NCBI RefSeq assembly: GCF_037042905.1
Contig: NC_087252.1
Location: forward strand, 13,394,001-13,458,000
Length of the DNA stretch: 64,000 nucleotides
Source of the DNA: Lytechinus pictus
Taxonomy: Eukaryota
Direction: 5' to 3'
The notes under the pieces: generated by a model
The model's input: only the letters and a program-made list of their open reading frames with translations
Told to the model about the DNA's origin: nothing
The model's database searches: none
Made by a program: the position numbers and the translations under genes
Shown here: piece by piece, positions 60,821-64,000 of the stretch
Layout of the letters: the number at the start of each line of letters is the position of its first letter
How positions within the stretch are numbered: position 1 is the stretch's first letter

Positions 60821-61539
60821 AAATTTGCGAGAATATTACATTTTAACTTTTTTTGATACGCAGTGTATATGCGCGAGAATGCTCCCTATAAAATGTTGGT
60901 AATGGCACCTACGTCTGCGTAAGCCCTCTTAATCATAATTATATTATCATCATTAAACCATAAAATCAGGGGAGGCGTGATCTTTGTGGAGTGTTGCCTT
61001 GAAACCCCCCAAACGGACGAACATGGCTCCGTAACACAAATATTTGCGATCAATCGTTAATGAACTGACCAATCAAGGTCACTTTTACACTCGCATTTGC
61101 TGCAAAATACTGGAGTTCTTTCATATTTGCTATTCAACGCGAAGCTCTGTGTTGTGGGGCCATGGATTCAACCTTTGATTTTTTTTGAAATTTGCGAGAA
61201 TATTACATTTTAACTTTTTTTGATACGCAGTGTATATGCGCGAGAATGCTCCCTATAAAATGTTGGTAATGGCACCTACGTCTGCGTAAGCCCTCTTAAT
61301 CATAATTATATTATCATCATTAAACCATAAAATCAGGGGAGGCGTGATCTTTGTGGAGTGTTGCCTTGAAACCCCCCAAACGGACGAACAAGGCTCCGTA
61401 ACACAAATATTTGCGATCAATCGTTAATGAACTGACCAATCAAGGTCACTTTTACACTCGCATTTGGCGCAAAATACTGGGGTTCTTTCATATTTGCTAT
61501 TCACCGCGAAGCTCTGTGTTGTGGGGCCATGGATTCAAC
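60821..61539. repeat. Recent tandem duplication (period 367 bp)
   Basis: 60821-61172 and 61188-61539 are nearly identical; each contains a Tc1-like end and a small MITE. Confidence 0.93.
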
Positions 61540-61662
61540 AAGGTCGGTGCGGCGCTGGGTATAATTTTTTATAGGCACTGATCTCCATCACAAAGTTCCT
61601 CAGATAGGCCCTAAATCCGGTATACTATTTTCAGTGCTCAGTTATATATTTTGGACGTTGAG

Positions 61663-63400
61663 ATGCTGATCTCAAGAGCTATCACCATTACTATCTTGAT
61701 GATTGCTCTCGCCATGGCAAAGTCCTGTAAGTATACAGTTAATTTTCCCAGTCCTGACAAATTTCTTTTGCTCTGTTCATAATTTTGTTCTTGCTGTTTA
61801 AACAATGTTAAGACTTGCTGTTGTTAACTTCGTAACTTCGTCGGCCCAAGATACATACGTCGAAAGGCGGACTGAGGCCGGCCAGAAGGCGGCTCGACGT
61901 GACTAAGCGCATTTTCACACGTGAATCTTAAATCATCATTATAATGATGCTGACAATTCGTCTTTAGAATCATCGGACCTTTCACTCGGAAAATTCGTAC
62001 CGTAATTTGAGTGAGACTAATACCTCGGTCACATTTGCTCTACGGCGGCCGTACTGCGAGTTGAAAATAGCCGTTTTATCATTTTGTGTACCAGCTACAT
62101 ATAGGTGGTTTGAATTAAAATAAATTAAACGGCTGTTTTCGACTCGCCGTACGGCCACCGTAGAGCAAATGTGACCAAGGTATTAAATGGACTGAGTACA
62201 CCTAAAAGATGGCTTGACCAATGAACTAGAAATAGGTATAGGCCTATAATAGCTAACAATAGTTATTGTAAACGAACAATAGAAAATATTGACGTGAAAA
62301 GACAGGCAGACGTGACACTTGAAAAGAAAGCGTTTTTAGTCTACTTCTGGTGTTGTGTATACCCACCAACTTGCAGGCTTGAGGCCGGCGTCGGAGGCGG
62401 CTTCAAACCCGACGCATGTGTATCTTGGGCCTTATTTTCTCTGATTTCTTTGTCAAATAAAAACTATAAAATGAAATTACGACAGACGGTCCAATGACCA
62501 TTGCACGTCTTTGTTTACATAATCATTAAACAAATCGTATTAATTCAAAATAAATCACACGAAATGTCGTATATTAAAGCGGCCTTTCATTGACAAATCA
62601 TGGGGGAGAAGGGATTCAAGTCTTTCACTCGGCTGCATGCCTGGGGTGTTATGTGAGACACCGGCAAGTCTGGGAGGTCTAAAGGAGAGCAATAGTTAGT
62701 AGACTAACTAACCAGAATTAAACTTTCACTTTGAAACATGTAACTTCGCAGAGGTTATTTATTTTAGCAATCAAGAGACCTGCTAGGAGTCTAGAATTTG
62801 GGATTGTTGGAAACTGGAACTACGATGATCCGAAGTAAATAACCATCACGAGTTTGGTCAAATCTGTGCTGTCCGAACCTTTATCGCATTAGTCCAACAT
62901 GCGCTCATGACGGACGGATTGTATTATGCAAGTCAATTGGCCTTTTGCAAATTTCGTATTGATTCATTTTCCCCATGGTTTGTCAGTGGCTGGGCCCTTT
63001 AAAACAATGAATCTTTAAATTCTTTGCATATTCAATCATTGTCGCACTAAACCGTTTATGGCTGAGAGAGAAAAAAATGTTTTGTGCGCCATCACTAGGA
63101 AGTCATGAGACAAAAAAAAATAGAAAAAGTATGGTGCGCACGGGGGTGCGCATTTATTTACTAGGCCTACTTATACGTTGTCAATTTATTAAATTCAATT
63201 AGTTGAATTAAAAAATAAAGACGTACAAACTTATACACTTATCGCAATCCTGAAGGAATCGTGTAATATTTATAGATTCTTTTTCCCTTCATTTTTCTGT
63301 GTTAAAAATCGAATTTTGGCAACACCACTGGACCAATCCCCAGTTTCGCTTGCAGACGATGATATGGACAAATGCAAAGCAGTCATTCTGGACTTAAAAG
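61663..63400 (+). CDS. Putative first exons of a small secreted protein (partial; continues beyond the window)
   Basis: Exon 61663-61726 MLISRAITITILMIALAMAKS|GTAAGT (phase 1, signal-peptide-like); candidate exon ending 63400 ...DDMDKCKAVILDLK|GTAAGT with in-phase acceptors giving starts at 63344 or 63356. Confidence 0.45.
62021..62182. mobile_element. Harbinger-like palindromic MITE
   Basis: tacctcggtcacatttgctctacggcggccgtac / gtacggccaccgtagagcaaatgtgaccaaggta. Confidence 0.85.
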
Positions 63401-63579
63401 GTAAGTGTAAGGCTAACTGAAAAAAAAAATCAATTGAGGGAAAGTCAACTTGCTAAAAGTTAGACGTAAAGTCTTAAGTATAGAACTGTAAAAATTTGCA
63501 AGGGGATGGAGCTGATCAACACTTTGTGTTGTCTCTCATTTATGGAACGCCAAGTGTACAGGCACGTATTTTGTTACAA

Positions 63580-63720
63580 AAACACCCTACAATTCTTATT
63601 TTGTTACAAAATCAATCGACAGAAATGATTTTGTAACAAAGTAAACCGACAGTAATGATTTTGTTACAATTTTGTTACAAAATCAATCGGCAGAAATGAA
63701 CTTGTTACAAATAAACCGAC
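63580..63720. repeat. Short tandem array of ttttgttacaa units
   Basis: About 6 imperfect units. Confidence 0.7.
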
Positions 63721-64000
63721 ATTGGATAATGGATATAGGCCTACATGTTTACAATTCTGATCTTTGAGGGATATTTTCGTGGGATTGCACCCAAAAAGTT
63801 ACCCAAAACAGTCGCTTCTGTCAAATTCTTAGTAGGGTGTAGGTCCTAGATCTATGTCTATTTAGTTACTCTAACTTTTTAGAACTAGATCTCAGTAATT
63901 TACGCCTAGTCTAACAGTAACAAGTTTAATATATCATTAGCACAAATCAAAATAGCCAACCCACTTAAGGCCGAAACAGTCAAGATCTCTAACATTCATT

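Noticed and set aside
63310..63400. Calpain domain III-like WTNPQFRL peptide
   Set aside because: That frame stops within a few codons and no other calpain exons are visible; likely chance

Overview
AT-rich, intron-containing animal genomic DNA. The repeat landscape (TTAA-flanked Kolobok-type MITEs, a Deu-domain tRNA SINE, RTE/CR1/L2 LINEs) suggests an echinoderm such as a sea urchin; this is inferred, not proven. Three host genes were reconstructed by hand. (1) A two-exon HSP70-family gene (4652-6735, +) has an intact heat-shock element but has lost most ATP/Mg-binding motifs. Its C-terminus was replaced by a TTAA transposon that itself carries a young full-length RTE LINE; removing the insertion restores a C-terminus ending -AKL (PTS1-like). 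(2) An 11-coding-exon ZPR1 (23690-38068, +, 462 aa) has a U12-type intron and an exon-derived 69-bp minisatellite that multiplies a splice donor. (3) A 3-exon histamine N-methyltransferase-like gene (48809-51279, +, 291 aa) has a probable GC-AG intron. The probable first exons of a small secreted-protein gene start at 61663. The rest is dense, often nested mobile DNA: a CR1/L2-group LINE with intact ORF2, a solo LINE ORF1, two TAGAC...GTCTA elements with 9-bp TSDs (AcademH-like), Kolobok/piggyBac/Tc1/Harbinger/hAT-type MITEs, tRNA-derived SINEs, satellites and a 615-bp palindrome. All calls come from manual reading; no database searches were run.
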